Shown: positions 6,981 through 15,206, counted from the stretch's first letter. The stretch: 16,065 bases of DNA from a candidate division WOR-3 bacterium (GCA_027050205.1 JALUCS010000040.1:1-16065), one strand, 5' to 3'. Program-made: numbers and translations. Notes: generated by a model from the sequence alone, not told the origin.

Positions 6981-7106
6981 CGATTTTTGGAGGTAGGCCG
7001 TCGCATACACCGTTCAGAACGAGGTCAAAGTGCCGATCTTACGAGAAACGACCGTGAAGGTTGCCGTTCCAAGGTCTGGACGTTGATGGGGCCGTCGGTA
7101 GATCTC

Positions 7107-8135
7107 CTATTCTCCGGATATTTTTATATCATCAAGTTTGGACCTTTCCAATTTGATTGAATTCTTTGCGAAAATATCGCGTGCCGTGTATTTTCCTTTG
7201 GGAAGGCTCTCAAAGCACCCGTGGAGGTCAACCGGACGGTCCTTGATGCCCAAACCTAAGAGCCTCTCAAAGACGCGGGGATAGTTGCGGAGGGCGGCGA
7301 GGTGGAGGGCGTTCATGCCGCAGGGGGGTATCTCGGCCTCAAGTAGTCCCTTAACTTCCCCCCTTACGAAGAAGATGAAGTCCAAGACCTTATCCTCGTC
7401 GTCGGAGAGGGCTATCATCCAGTGGAAGAGGTTCATTCCATTTTTGGACCTGCGTAAGAGGTCCCCGTCGCCGAAGGTCGCCAGCAGAAGCACCTCCTTG
7501 GCATCGCACTCCGCCGCTCCGTACATAGCCGGTGTCCTGCCCTCCTCGTCCGTGGCGTCCCAATTTACCCCCTCCACACCTCTCAAGGATTCCACTATGG
7601 CCCAACGGCACCTGTATGCAGCGAAGTGGAGGGGCGTCCTACCGTACACCTCCTTGGCGTTCGGGTAGGCTCCTGCCTTCAGTAGTGAGCGGAAGGCTCC
7701 CACCTTCCCGTAGTACGCGGCGACGTGGAGGGGGGTTATTCCCGAACGGTCCTTACAGTTGGGGTCTGCACCGTACTTCAGTAGGAGTTCCACGGCCTCC
7801 TTCCCCACCTTCGCAGCGAGATGTATAGGACACGGCCTGTCGCTATTGATTTCCCTCAAATTTGGATCCGCCCCCTTCTTTAGGAGGTACTCCACTATCC
7901 GTTTCCAACCGTCCATCTTCACCGGAGTCCTCAACGGCAGGACGGCTACTATGTTCCTCCCCTCTATCAGGATGGAAGGAGCCTGTTCCCATCCACTCAA
8001 GGCGGCCGTTAGGGGGGTGTATCCCATGTCGTTGTGGGCGTTAATGGACGCTCCGTTCTCCACCTCATTAACGACCTCCTCAAGGTCCCCGTTCCAAGCG
8101 GCCGTGTATATGGATGCGACCACCACCGCCAACAT
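7107..8135 (-). CDS. Ankyrin repeat protein
   Basis: Repeated GYTPLTAA, GITPLHVAA, GRTPLHFAA, GRTPAMYGA and LLxxGADPN motifs. ATG 8135 is 6 nt after TATAAT (8147-8142); GTG 8138 is the alternative start. Confidence 0.92.
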   Translation of the reverse strand: MLAVVVASIYTAAWNGDLEEVVNEVENGASINAHNDMGYTPLTAALSGWEQAPSILIEGRNIVAVLPLRTPVKMDGWKRIVEYLLKKGADPNLREINSDRPCPIHLAAKVGKEAVELLLKYGADPNCKDRSGITPLHVAAYYGKVGAFRSLLKAGAYPNAKEVYGRTPLHFAAYRCRWAIVESLRGVEGVNWDATDEEGRTPAMYGAAECDAKEVLLLATFGDGDLLRRSKNGMNLFHWMIALSDDEDKVLDFIFFVRGEVKGLLEAEIPPCGMNALHLAALRNYPRVFERLLGLGIKDRPVDLHGCFESLPKGKYTARDIFAKNSIKLERSKLDDIKISGE

Positions 8136-8206
8136 CACCTTATTATAAAGCCGAAGGGAGCGGGGAGTATCTCCCTTGGGTCCCGTTCATCTCTTAGAAT
8201 AGGACC
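8136..8206. promoter_or_regulatory. Divergent promoter region (ankyrin / GT-C)
   Basis: TATAAT (minus, 8147-8142) and TAGAAT (plus, 8195-8200), each 6 nt from a start codon. Confidence 0.7.
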
Positions 8207-9769
8207 TTGAGGCTCAAGCTCCTGACCCTCTCCCTCGCCGTTTATCTCCTTGGGTTTGCCCTCCTCCTTTGTGCCGTCCTACGCGCAAACCTTGGCCACT
8301 TTGAGTACGTCACGGACGACGCGTACATCCACATGGCCGTCGCCAAGAACTTCGCCCTTTACGGGGTCTTCGGCATCACCCGGTACGGTTTCACCTCGTC
8401 CCTCTCCTCCATACTCTGGCCATGGCTTCTGGTCGGTTGGTACAAGGTGGTGGGTGTTAGCCTCTATGCCTCCCTCATCTTAAATGTCCTCTTCGCCCTA
8501 ACCTTGGCAGTCTCGTCCTTCTACCTCCTCCCCCCAAGGAGAGCCTTCCTCTTCTCCATCGCTGCCGCCTTTCTCGGTAGTACCCTCTCCCTTACCTTCG
8601 TAGGTCTTGAGCATAACCTCCACGCCCTGACGACCGTTCTCCTCTTCGCCTTGGCCATCGGCATAGTCAGGTTAGACCGAAGGGTGGAGGTTCCCCTTCT
8701 GTTCGTACTCGCGGCCTTGAACACGGGGGCGAGGTACGAGGGTATGGCCGCCGTACTTATACTGTCGGCCTACCGCCTCCTCAAGCGGGACGTAGTTTCC
8801 GCTCTGGTGATCCTCCTCGGTGGTCTGTTGCCCGTCGTGGCCTACGGCCTTTGGAGCGTATCCAACGGTTGGTACTTCCTCCCCACGTCCGTTTTGACCA
8901 AGGCCTACCGTTTCAACCTTACAACTCCTACGGGATGGGCGGACCTGCTGTTCCTCAAGGCCTTCCGCACCTCCCTGAAGATGCCCGCTCTATACTCCCT
9001 ATGGTTGCTCTCCCTCCTCCTACTCGGTACCTCCCTCTCCAGAACGGACGGGAAACCGGCGGTACTCCTCTCCCTCCTCGTCCTCACCGCCCACCTCTAC
9101 TTCGGCAACGTCCACTGGTTCTACAGGTACGAGGCCTACGCCGTTATCCTCTCCCTCTTCTCCGCAATCTACGCTCTGAATACGGAAACCCTCTCCCGGC
9201 TCTGGAGTCAAATTTCAACCGGGGGGAGGGTGGCCCTAAGCCTCTTCACCTTACTGTTGCTTTTCCCCATCCTCTCCCGCGGCCTCCTCGCCATCGTACA
9301 GGTACCCGGCGCTACGCATGAGATGTGGAGGCAGGATAACCAGGTAGCCGCCTTCGTAAAACGGTACTACGACGGCCGTACGGTGGTCCTCAACGATGTC
9401 GGCCACGTGGCCTTCTACACGGACGCACGGATAATAGACCTCTGGGGTCTGGCTACGTTGGAGACCGCCCGGATGCTCCTTGAGAGGCGGTACACGTGGG
9501 AGAACGTAGACTCCTTCGTCAGGGAGAGCGGGGGGGAGGTGGCTATGCTCTACGGGGACGTCTTCGCCAAGAGGTACTTCCCTATCCTCTGGGAGGAGGT
9601 CGGGATGTGGCACCTTCTCGGAGGGCCGAGGTTGATCGTAGGAAGCAAGAACGTGTACTTCTACGCCATAACGGAGGATCCCGACCTTCTGCGACGGCGT
9701 TTTGAGGAGTTCTCACGGGAGGAGTTGCCCCGCGACGTCTACTGGGAGGTCCTCACTCCCTCGCCCTGA
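8207..9769 (+). CDS. Polytopic membrane protein, GT-C-type glycosyltransferase-like
   Basis: DDAYIH..A.N in the loop after the first TM helix, ARYEG and RY motifs, about a dozen hydrophobic segments, and a soluble C-terminal domain with DVGHVAFY..IIDLWGL. TTG start 6 nt after TAGAAT (8195-8200). Confidence 0.72.
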   Translation: MRLKLLTLSLAVYLLGFALLLCAVLRANLGHFEYVTDDAYIHMAVAKNFALYGVFGITRYGFTSSLSSILWPWLLVGWYKVVGVSLYASLILNVLFALTLAVSSFYLLPPRRAFLFSIAAAFLGSTLSLTFVGLEHNLHALTTVLLFALAIGIVRLDRRVEVPLLFVLAALNTGARYEGMAAVLILSAYRLLKRDVVSALVILLGGLLPVVAYGLWSVSNGWYFLPTSVLTKAYRFNLTTPTGWADLLFLKAFRTSLKMPALYSLWLLSLLLLGTSLSRTDGKPAVLLSLLVLTAHLYFGNVHWFYRYEAYAVILSLFSAIYALNTETLSRLWSQISTGGRVALSLFTLLLLFPILSRGLLAIVQVPGATHEMWRQDNQVAAFVKRYYDGRTVVLNDVGHVAFYTDARIIDLWGLATLETARMLLERRYTWENVDSFVRESGGEVAMLYGDVFAKRYFPILWEEVGMWHLLGGPRLIVGSKNVYFYAITEDPDLLRRRFEEFSREELPRDVYWEVLTPSP

Positions 9770-10490
9770 CGGACCACCCTCCGTCTATCACCAGGGCCGA
9801 GCCGTTCATCCACCAAGATTCGTCGCTGGCGAGATATACGGCCAGATAGGCTACGTCCTCCGGCCAACCCCTGCGGAGGGTGCTGGCCTCCGTCCTGAAG
9901 TCCTCGTAGGAGGAGTACATCCTGTGGGATAGGCCGTCCGGACATATGGCGTTGGCCCTGATGTTGTACCGGGCGTAGTCCCTCGCTATGGACTTTACCA
10001 AGGCGACTACGGCGGACTTAGTGGCATTATAGACGGCGGCGTGGCTGGCCACACCGAAATAGCCGTAGACGGCGGCCGTGTGTATGAGTACGCCCCCGCC
10101 CCTTTCCACGAAGTACGGGATCAGCTCGTGGGCGGTGTAGATGTGGGTTATGAGGTTGCCCTCAATCAGGGCACGGATGTCGTCCTCCTCCATCTCCTCC
10201 AGAGGTCCGCCGGCCCAGTAGCCAGCGTTTATGAAGGCGACGTCTATCCCTCCGAGTTTCTCCTTCGCCTCTGCTATGAAGCGTTTCACCTCCGACCTGT
10301 TGGAGGCGTCCCCAGCGGTTGAGTGGGCGTCGTGGCCCTTTTCCCTCAAAAACTTCGCCGTCTCATAGGCCTTCTCGGAACGGGAAACCAGAAAGAGCCT
10401 CGCCCCCTCCTTGGCCATCAGGTAGGCCGTGGCCCTACCCACACCGGCTCCGGCGCCTACGATCAGGATCCTCTTATCCTTCAATCGCAT
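9753..10490 (-). CDS. SDR family NAD(P)-dependent oxidoreductase
   Basis: GAGAGVG, INAG, YNATK, IRANAICP and IDGGW motifs. Start MRLKDK at 10490, 7 nt after TATACT (10503-10498); 245 aa. Confidence 0.92.
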   Translation of the reverse strand: MRLKDKRILIVGAGAGVGRATAYLMAKEGARLFLVSRSEKAYETAKFLREKGHDAHSTAGDASNRSEVKRFIAEAKEKLGGIDVAFINAGYWAGGPLEEMEEDDIRALIEGNLITHIYTAHELIPYFVERGGGVLIHTAAVYGYFGVASHAAVYNATKSAVVALVKSIARDYARYNIRANAICPDGLSHRMYSSYEDFRTEASTLRRGWPEDVAYLAVYLASDESWWMNGSALVIDGGWSVRARE

Positions 10491-10563
10491 ACGGGGTAGT
10501 ATAAGGGTGGAACCGGCGGCCCGTAGTGGGAGGTCGTCCGTACGACGGGGGTAAAATCCCCCC
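10491..10563. promoter_or_regulatory. Divergent promoter region (SDR / M23)
   Basis: TATACT (minus, 10503-10498) and TAAAAT (plus, 10552-10557), 7 and 6 nt from start codons. Confidence 0.7.
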
Positions 10564-11679
10564 TTGAGGAAGGTCCTCGCAGCTCTATTCTTCGTAGGTG
10601 GTTGCACGTCCAACTACGCCCCCGTTAAGGTGGAGGAGGAGAGACCGCCGGAGGTTAGGGTTGAGGAGTACGTGGCAAAACGTGGGGACGTCTTCGCTAC
10701 CGCCGCCTCCAACCTGAAGGGGGTGCCGGACTCCGTAAGGGCGAGGTTCGTCTCTTACCTCGCCGATAGCGTAAAGATACTGAAGGTGGGGGACACACTA
10801 CGGGCGGTATCCATAGACGGGGAGTTGAGCCGCTTGGAGCTTAGGAGGCGGAGGGAGATATACGAGTACAATCTCCACACCGGCCGCTTTGTGAGGCACG
10901 TCAAGTTCAGGACCCTTACGCCGAGGTACGCCGAGGTGGAGGTGGAGAGTACCCTGTGGGACGCCTTCGTTAAGAGGGGCCTTCCCCCTATCCTACTGGT
11001 CAATCTCGTGAACGTCTTCTCGTGGGAGGTGGACTTCGCCACGGAGACCCAGAAGGGGGACTCTCTAAAGGTGCTGTACGCCCCGGACGGTACGGTGTAT
11101 TACGCCGAGTACGTGGGTAAGAGCGTCGGTAGGCACGTAGTTGCCCGATTTATGGGGTCCTACTACGACGAGAAGGGAAACAGCGTGAGGAGGACCTTCC
11201 TTAAGTCTCCCCTCAAGTACTATCGCATCACCTCCGGTTTCGGTATCAGGTTCCACCCCATACTCAAGAAGTGGAGGCCCCACCACGGCATAGACTACGC
11301 CGCCCCCTACGGTACCCCCGTCCACTCCGTAGCCGCTGGCAAGGTCACCTTCGCCGGGTGGATGAGGGGGTACGGGAAGGTCGTCGTTGTAAAGCACAGG
11401 AACGGATACCGGACCCTCTACGGCCACCTCTCCAAGCTCCTAGTCCGGAAGGGTCAATATGTGGATCAGGGGCAAACCATCGGTCTGGTGGGGTCTACGG
11501 GCCTATCCACCGGTCCCCACCTACACTTTGAGGTACGGCACTACGGAAAGCGGATCAACCCCGCCCTGATAAAGTCGGAACCGGAGAAACCCCTGCCAGA
11601 GGATCTCAAGGACGACTTCTACCGGATGCTTGGGGAGTACAGGCGCCTGATCTCCGCGCCGGAGGTCGTTTTGAGATGA
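10564..11679 (+). CDS. M23 family peptidoglycan DD-endopeptidase (MepM-like), predicted lipoprotein
   Basis: HHGIDY, YGHLS and GSTGLSTGPHLHFEV motifs; lipobox-like FFVGGC. TTG start 6 nt after TAAAAT (10552-10557). Confidence 0.93.
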   Translation: MRKVLAALFFVGGCTSNYAPVKVEEERPPEVRVEEYVAKRGDVFATAASNLKGVPDSVRARFVSYLADSVKILKVGDTLRAVSIDGELSRLELRRRREIYEYNLHTGRFVRHVKFRTLTPRYAEVEVESTLWDAFVKRGLPPILLVNLVNVFSWEVDFATETQKGDSLKVLYAPDGTVYYAEYVGKSVGRHVVARFMGSYYDEKGNSVRRTFLKSPLKYYRITSGFGIRFHPILKKWRPHHGIDYAAPYGTPVHSVAAGKVTFAGWMRGYGKVVVVKHRNGYRTLYGHLSKLLVRKGQYVDQGQTIGLVGSTGLSTGPHLHFEVRHYGKRINPALIKSEPEKPLPEDLKDDFYRMLGEYRRLISAPEVVLR

Positions 11680-12257
11680 ACTTTTCGGAGTTCTCCCGTG
11701 GTCTCATAAGGCCTATAGCCCGTCTCCTCGCACGCCTCGGTGTCCATCCCAACCTCTTGACCGTCCTCTCGGCCGCCCTCAACTCCCTGGGTGCGTTTTG
11801 GATCGCCGCAGGTAGGCCGTTGGTGGCCGTAGTTTGGTTCGTCCTCTTCGCCCCCTTGGACGCCTTGGACGGTGAGGTCGCCCGCCTTACGGGTAGGACG
11901 AGTCGCTTCGGGGCCTTTCTGGACTCCACCCTTGACAGGGTGGTGGACGGCCTCGTCTTCTCTGCTATGGCCTACGCCCTCCGGGTGGATACCCTACTCC
12001 TCTCCCTATCCCTCTCCGCCCTCCTCTCCGCCTACCTCATCAGCTACGCGAGGGCGAGGGTTGAGGGCCTGGGCGGGGAACTTAGGGAGGGGCTTATGAG
12101 CCGGTACCCGCGGTTCTTAGGCCTGTTGGTGGTCCTCCTCGTTTGGGGAATGTGGGGGAGAGAGGCCCTTACGTACGTCCTCACCCTCTACGTCCTCCTC
12201 CTGCTCTTGACCGTCCTCCAGAGGCTAACCTTGGCCTACCGGAGGTTGAGGGGTTAG
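11676..12257 (+). CDS. CDP-alcohol phosphatidyltransferase (PIP-synthase-like subfamily)
   Basis: DALDGEVAR...GAFLDSTLD signature, plus HPNLLT and ISYARARVEGLG. ATGA overlap with the M23 gene. Confidence 0.92.
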   Translation: MNFSEFSRGLIRPIARLLARLGVHPNLLTVLSAALNSLGAFWIAAGRPLVAVVWFVLFAPLDALDGEVARLTGRTSRFGAFLDSTLDRVVDGLVFSAMAYALRVDTLLLSLSLSALLSAYLISYARARVEGLGGELREGLMSRYPRFLGLLVVLLVWGMWGREALTYVLTLYVLLLLLTVLQRLTLAYRRLRG

Positions 12258-12655
12258 TACTCCTCCTCCACCAGCTCTATCAGGAACCCACCCGTGGCCT
12301 TCGGATGGATGAAGGCGACGCTCCCGCCCTTGGCCCCCTTGTACCCCTTCTTCGCCATCTTGAACCCCTCCCCCTCCAATCTCTCCGTCTCCCTCTCAAC
12401 GTCCTCCACCTGGAGGGCTATGTGATGGACGGCGTTGCCCCTCTTCTGGAGGAAACGGTCAATGTCCGAGCCTTCCCTCGTGGGGGTGAGCAGCTCTATG
12501 GACACGTTGGGGAGTTTGAAGATGGCCACCCGGAGCTTGGCATGGGGCAGGTCCTTCTCCTCCGGCTCCGTCCCTAAGAGCTTGACGAAGTTCCCCTTAA
12601 CCTTCTCGTAATCCTCCGGTGCCACGGCGAGGGCTACGTGGGAGAGCCTGACCAT
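12254..12655 (-). CDS. mce: Methylmalonyl-CoA epimerase (VOC family)
   Basis: SHVALAV, IELL, RFLQKRGNAVHHIAL and AFIHPKATGGFLIELVE motifs. ATG 12655 is 7 nt after TAGAAT (12668-12663). Confidence 0.88.
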   Translation of the reverse strand: MVRLSHVALAVAPEDYEKVKGNFVKLLGTEPEEKDLPHAKLRVAIFKLPNVSIELLTPTREGSDIDRFLQKRGNAVHHIALQVEDVERETERLEGEGFKMAKKGYKGAKGGSVAFIHPKATGGFLIELVEEEY

Positions 12656-12677
12656 AGGGGGCATTCTAAGGGGGTAC

Positions 12678-14705
12678 CTAACTGATCTCGCTCCCCGGTG
12701 GCACTTCCCGCTCTACGGTCAGGAGTACTGGGTTGCCCTCCTCGTCATGGGCGGCCAAGAGCATCCCGTCGGAGACGACCCCGCGGAGCTTCTTCTTCTT
12801 GAGGTTGGCCACCACCACTATGTACTTACCGGGCAACTCCTCCGGCTTATACACGTGGCCTATGCCCGCAACCAGCGTCCTCCTCTCGTCCCCAAGGTCT
12901 ATGGTCAACTTGAGGAGCTTGTCGGTCTTGGGTATCCTCTCGGCCTCCAAGATTTTGGCCACGCGAAGTTTGACCTTGGCGAAGTCCTCGTACTTGATGC
13001 GGGGTTCCTCCCTCTTACCTCCGGCCGTAGCCCTCTCGTACCTCCTCTTCAGCTCCTCCTCCCATTCCCTTATCACCTTCTCCTCCACCTTGCGGTAGAG
13101 GGGTTTGCTCTCCCTTACGGGGTGGCCGGCGAGGGAGGGGTCGGGTTTCACCAGACTTTGGAAGGAGGTATCCGGAAGGTCCATGTACTCCCAGAGCCTC
13201 TTCACGGATGAGGGGACGTAGGGGTAGAACAGGGCCGAGAGTCCCTTCAAGATTTGGAAGGCGACGTAGAGGACGGTCTTCGCCCGCTCCGGGTCCTCCT
13301 TCCGGAGCTTCCACGGCGCCTGATGCTCGTAGTATCGGTTGGCCTCCGCACCGAGTTTGACGGCCTCACGGAGGGCCAGCCTTATCTCGTACCGGAGCAG
13401 GAGGTCCTCGTATTTCCTAACCGTCTCATCAAGGAGGCGGAGCATAGCCTCGTCCTCCCCCTTAAGTTGGCCCGGATGGGGGACCTTCCCGCCCATGTAC
13501 CGGTTTATGAAGGATAGGACCCTCTGGGCGAAGTTCCCGAAGTTATCCACTAACTCGGCGTTCGTCCGGGTGAAGGCGTCCCTGACGTTGAAGTCGCTGT
13601 CGTCCTTCTCCGGTATGTACAGGGCCACGGCGTAGCGGGCTATGTCCTGACCGACGGACTCCACCAACTCGTCCGCCCATATGGCGTACCCGCGGGAGGT
13701 TGAGAGCTTGCGGCCCTGGAGGTTGAGGAAGGCGTTGGCCGGCACCTCCGTGGGGAGGATGTAGTCCCCATGGGCGTAGAGCATAGCCGGCCAGATCACC
13801 GTATGGAATACGATGTTGTCCTTGCCAATGAAATGGACGAGGACGGTATCCTCGTCCGTCCAGTAGGGTTTCCACGCCTCCGGATCCCCCTTCACCTCCT
13901 TAGCCCACTCCATCGTGGCGGAGATGTAGCCTATGGGGGCCTCAAACCAGACGTACATCACCTTCCCCTCGGCGTCGGGGTCGTCAAGGGGGATGGGGAT
14001 ACCCCAGTCCAGATCCCTCGTTATCGCCCTGTCCCTAAGCTCGTCTATCCAAGATAGGGCGAACTCCTTGACGAAGGGTTTCCAGTCCTTGGAGGAAACG
14101 TACTCCCTTAGAGGCTCCTTCAGGGCGGAGAGCTTGAAGAACCAGTGGACGGTCTCCTTCAGGACCACCGGCTCCCCCGTTAAGGCCGACCTCGGCTCTT
14201 TCAGGTCCTCTGGGTCTATCTGCCTACCGCACTTCTCACACTGGTCCCCCCTCGCCTCCGGATAACCGCAGTAGGGACACGTACCGATGACGTACCTGTC
14301 GGGTAGGAACCTACCGCTCTTGGGGTCGTAGAACTGCTTCATCTTGGCCTTGTACAAGTACCCCTTCTCGTGGAGCCTTAGGAAGAACCTCTGGGCGTTC
14401 TCGTAGTGTATGGGGCGGGTGGTCCGGGAGAAGTGGTCAAACTCTATTCCGAACCTTGCGAAGTCGCTCTTTATCCTCTCGTGATACCTATCAACCAGCT
14501 CCTTCGGGGATACCCCCTCCTTCAAGGCCCTAAGGGTAATGGCGACGCCATGCTCGTCCGTACCGCAGATGTGTATTACGTCCTCCCCCTTTAGCCTTAG
14601 AAATCGGGTGAAGATGTCGGCGGGCAGGTAGGCCCCTGCCAAGTGGCCGATATGTATGGGGCCGTTGGCGTAAGGGAGGGCGCTGGTGACCATGTACCTC
14701 TTCAC
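12678..14705 (-). CDS. metG: Methionine--tRNA ligase with C-terminal tRNA-binding domain
   Basis: TSALPYANGPIHIGH, CGTDEHG, CPYC/CEKC, FIGKDN and KLSTS motifs, plus a C-terminal Trbp111-like OB fold. GTG 14705 is 7 nt after TACAAT (14718-14713). Confidence 0.97.
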   Translation of the reverse strand: MKRYMVTSALPYANGPIHIGHLAGAYLPADIFTRFLRLKGEDVIHICGTDEHGVAITLRALKEGVSPKELVDRYHERIKSDFARFGIEFDHFSRTTRPIHYENAQRFFLRLHEKGYLYKAKMKQFYDPKSGRFLPDRYVIGTCPYCGYPEARGDQCEKCGRQIDPEDLKEPRSALTGEPVVLKETVHWFFKLSALKEPLREYVSSKDWKPFVKEFALSWIDELRDRAITRDLDWGIPIPLDDPDAEGKVMYVWFEAPIGYISATMEWAKEVKGDPEAWKPYWTDEDTVLVHFIGKDNIVFHTVIWPAMLYAHGDYILPTEVPANAFLNLQGRKLSTSRGYAIWADELVESVGQDIARYAVALYIPEKDDSDFNVRDAFTRTNAELVDNFGNFAQRVLSFINRYMGGKVPHPGQLKGEDEAMLRLLDETVRKYEDLLLRYEIRLALREAVKLGAEANRYYEHQAPWKLRKEDPERAKTVLYVAFQILKGLSALFYPYVPSSVKRLWEYMDLPDTSFQSLVKPDPSLAGHPVRESKPLYRKVEEKVIREWEEELKRRYERATAGGKREEPRIKYEDFAKVKLRVAKILEAERIPKTDKLLKLTIDLGDERRTLVAGIGHVYKPEELPGKYIVVVANLKKKKLRGVVSDGMLLAAHDEEGNPVLLTVEREVPPGSEIS

Positions 14706-14760
14706 GCCGGGAATTGTAAGGTCGCCGCACAACGGAGGCATCCCCGGTAGAATTGAAGGT
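14706..14760. promoter_or_regulatory. Divergent promoter region (metG / acyP)
   Basis: TACAAT (minus, 14718-14713) and TAGAAT (plus, 14748-14753), each 7 nt from a start codon. Confidence 0.7.
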
Positions 14761-15027
14761 ATGAAGAGGTTGGAAGCGAGGGTATACGGATGGGTTCAGG
14801 GGGTAGGTTTCCGCGCCTACACCCGGTGGAGGGCGAACGAGCTGGGACTGAACGGGTACGTCCGCAACCTCCCCGATGGCAGCGTTGAGGTGGTGGCCGA
14901 GGGGCCGGAGGAGGCCCTGAAGAGGTTGATAGACTACCTATGGGTGGGACCGGGGAGGGTGGACGACGTCAAATGGAGGATGAGCGATAGGGTGGAGGGG
15001 ATGGAGGGGTTCAGGATACTCACCTGA
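14761..15027 (+). CDS. acyP: Acylphosphatase
   Basis: VQGVGFR and GYVRNLPDGSVEVVAEG motifs. ATG 14761 is 7 nt after TAGAAT (14748-14753); 88 aa. Confidence 0.95.
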   Translation: MKRLEARVYGWVQGVGFRAYTRWRANELGLNGYVRNLPDGSVEVVAEGPEEALKRLIDYLWVGPGRVDDVKWRMSDRVEGMEGFRILT

Positions 15028-15206
15028 AGGCGGTCCCTTAGGGAGGGGTAAATGGGGTAATGTTCGGCTCCGTGGTAATTTGAGTTCTTTATGTAAATTA
15101 AACTTTTATAAAGTTGCAAAAATACAAAAATATACGGATGATGAATAGGAAAGAGTTGCAACAAAGGTTCCTGCAGAAACCTTTTACGTCCGTACTATAA
15201 TTCCTT

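Noticed and set aside
10491..10613. N-terminal extensions of SDR (to 10613), metG (to 14741), acyP (from 14686), rpoZ (to 4692) and mce (to 12664) in the ORF track
   Set aside because: They overlap neighbouring genes or promoters; family homology and -10 spacing point to the shorter starts.
14934..15164. Minus-strand 76-aa ORF over the AT-rich intergenic region
   Set aside because: Overlaps acyP antisense, atypical composition, no start signal.
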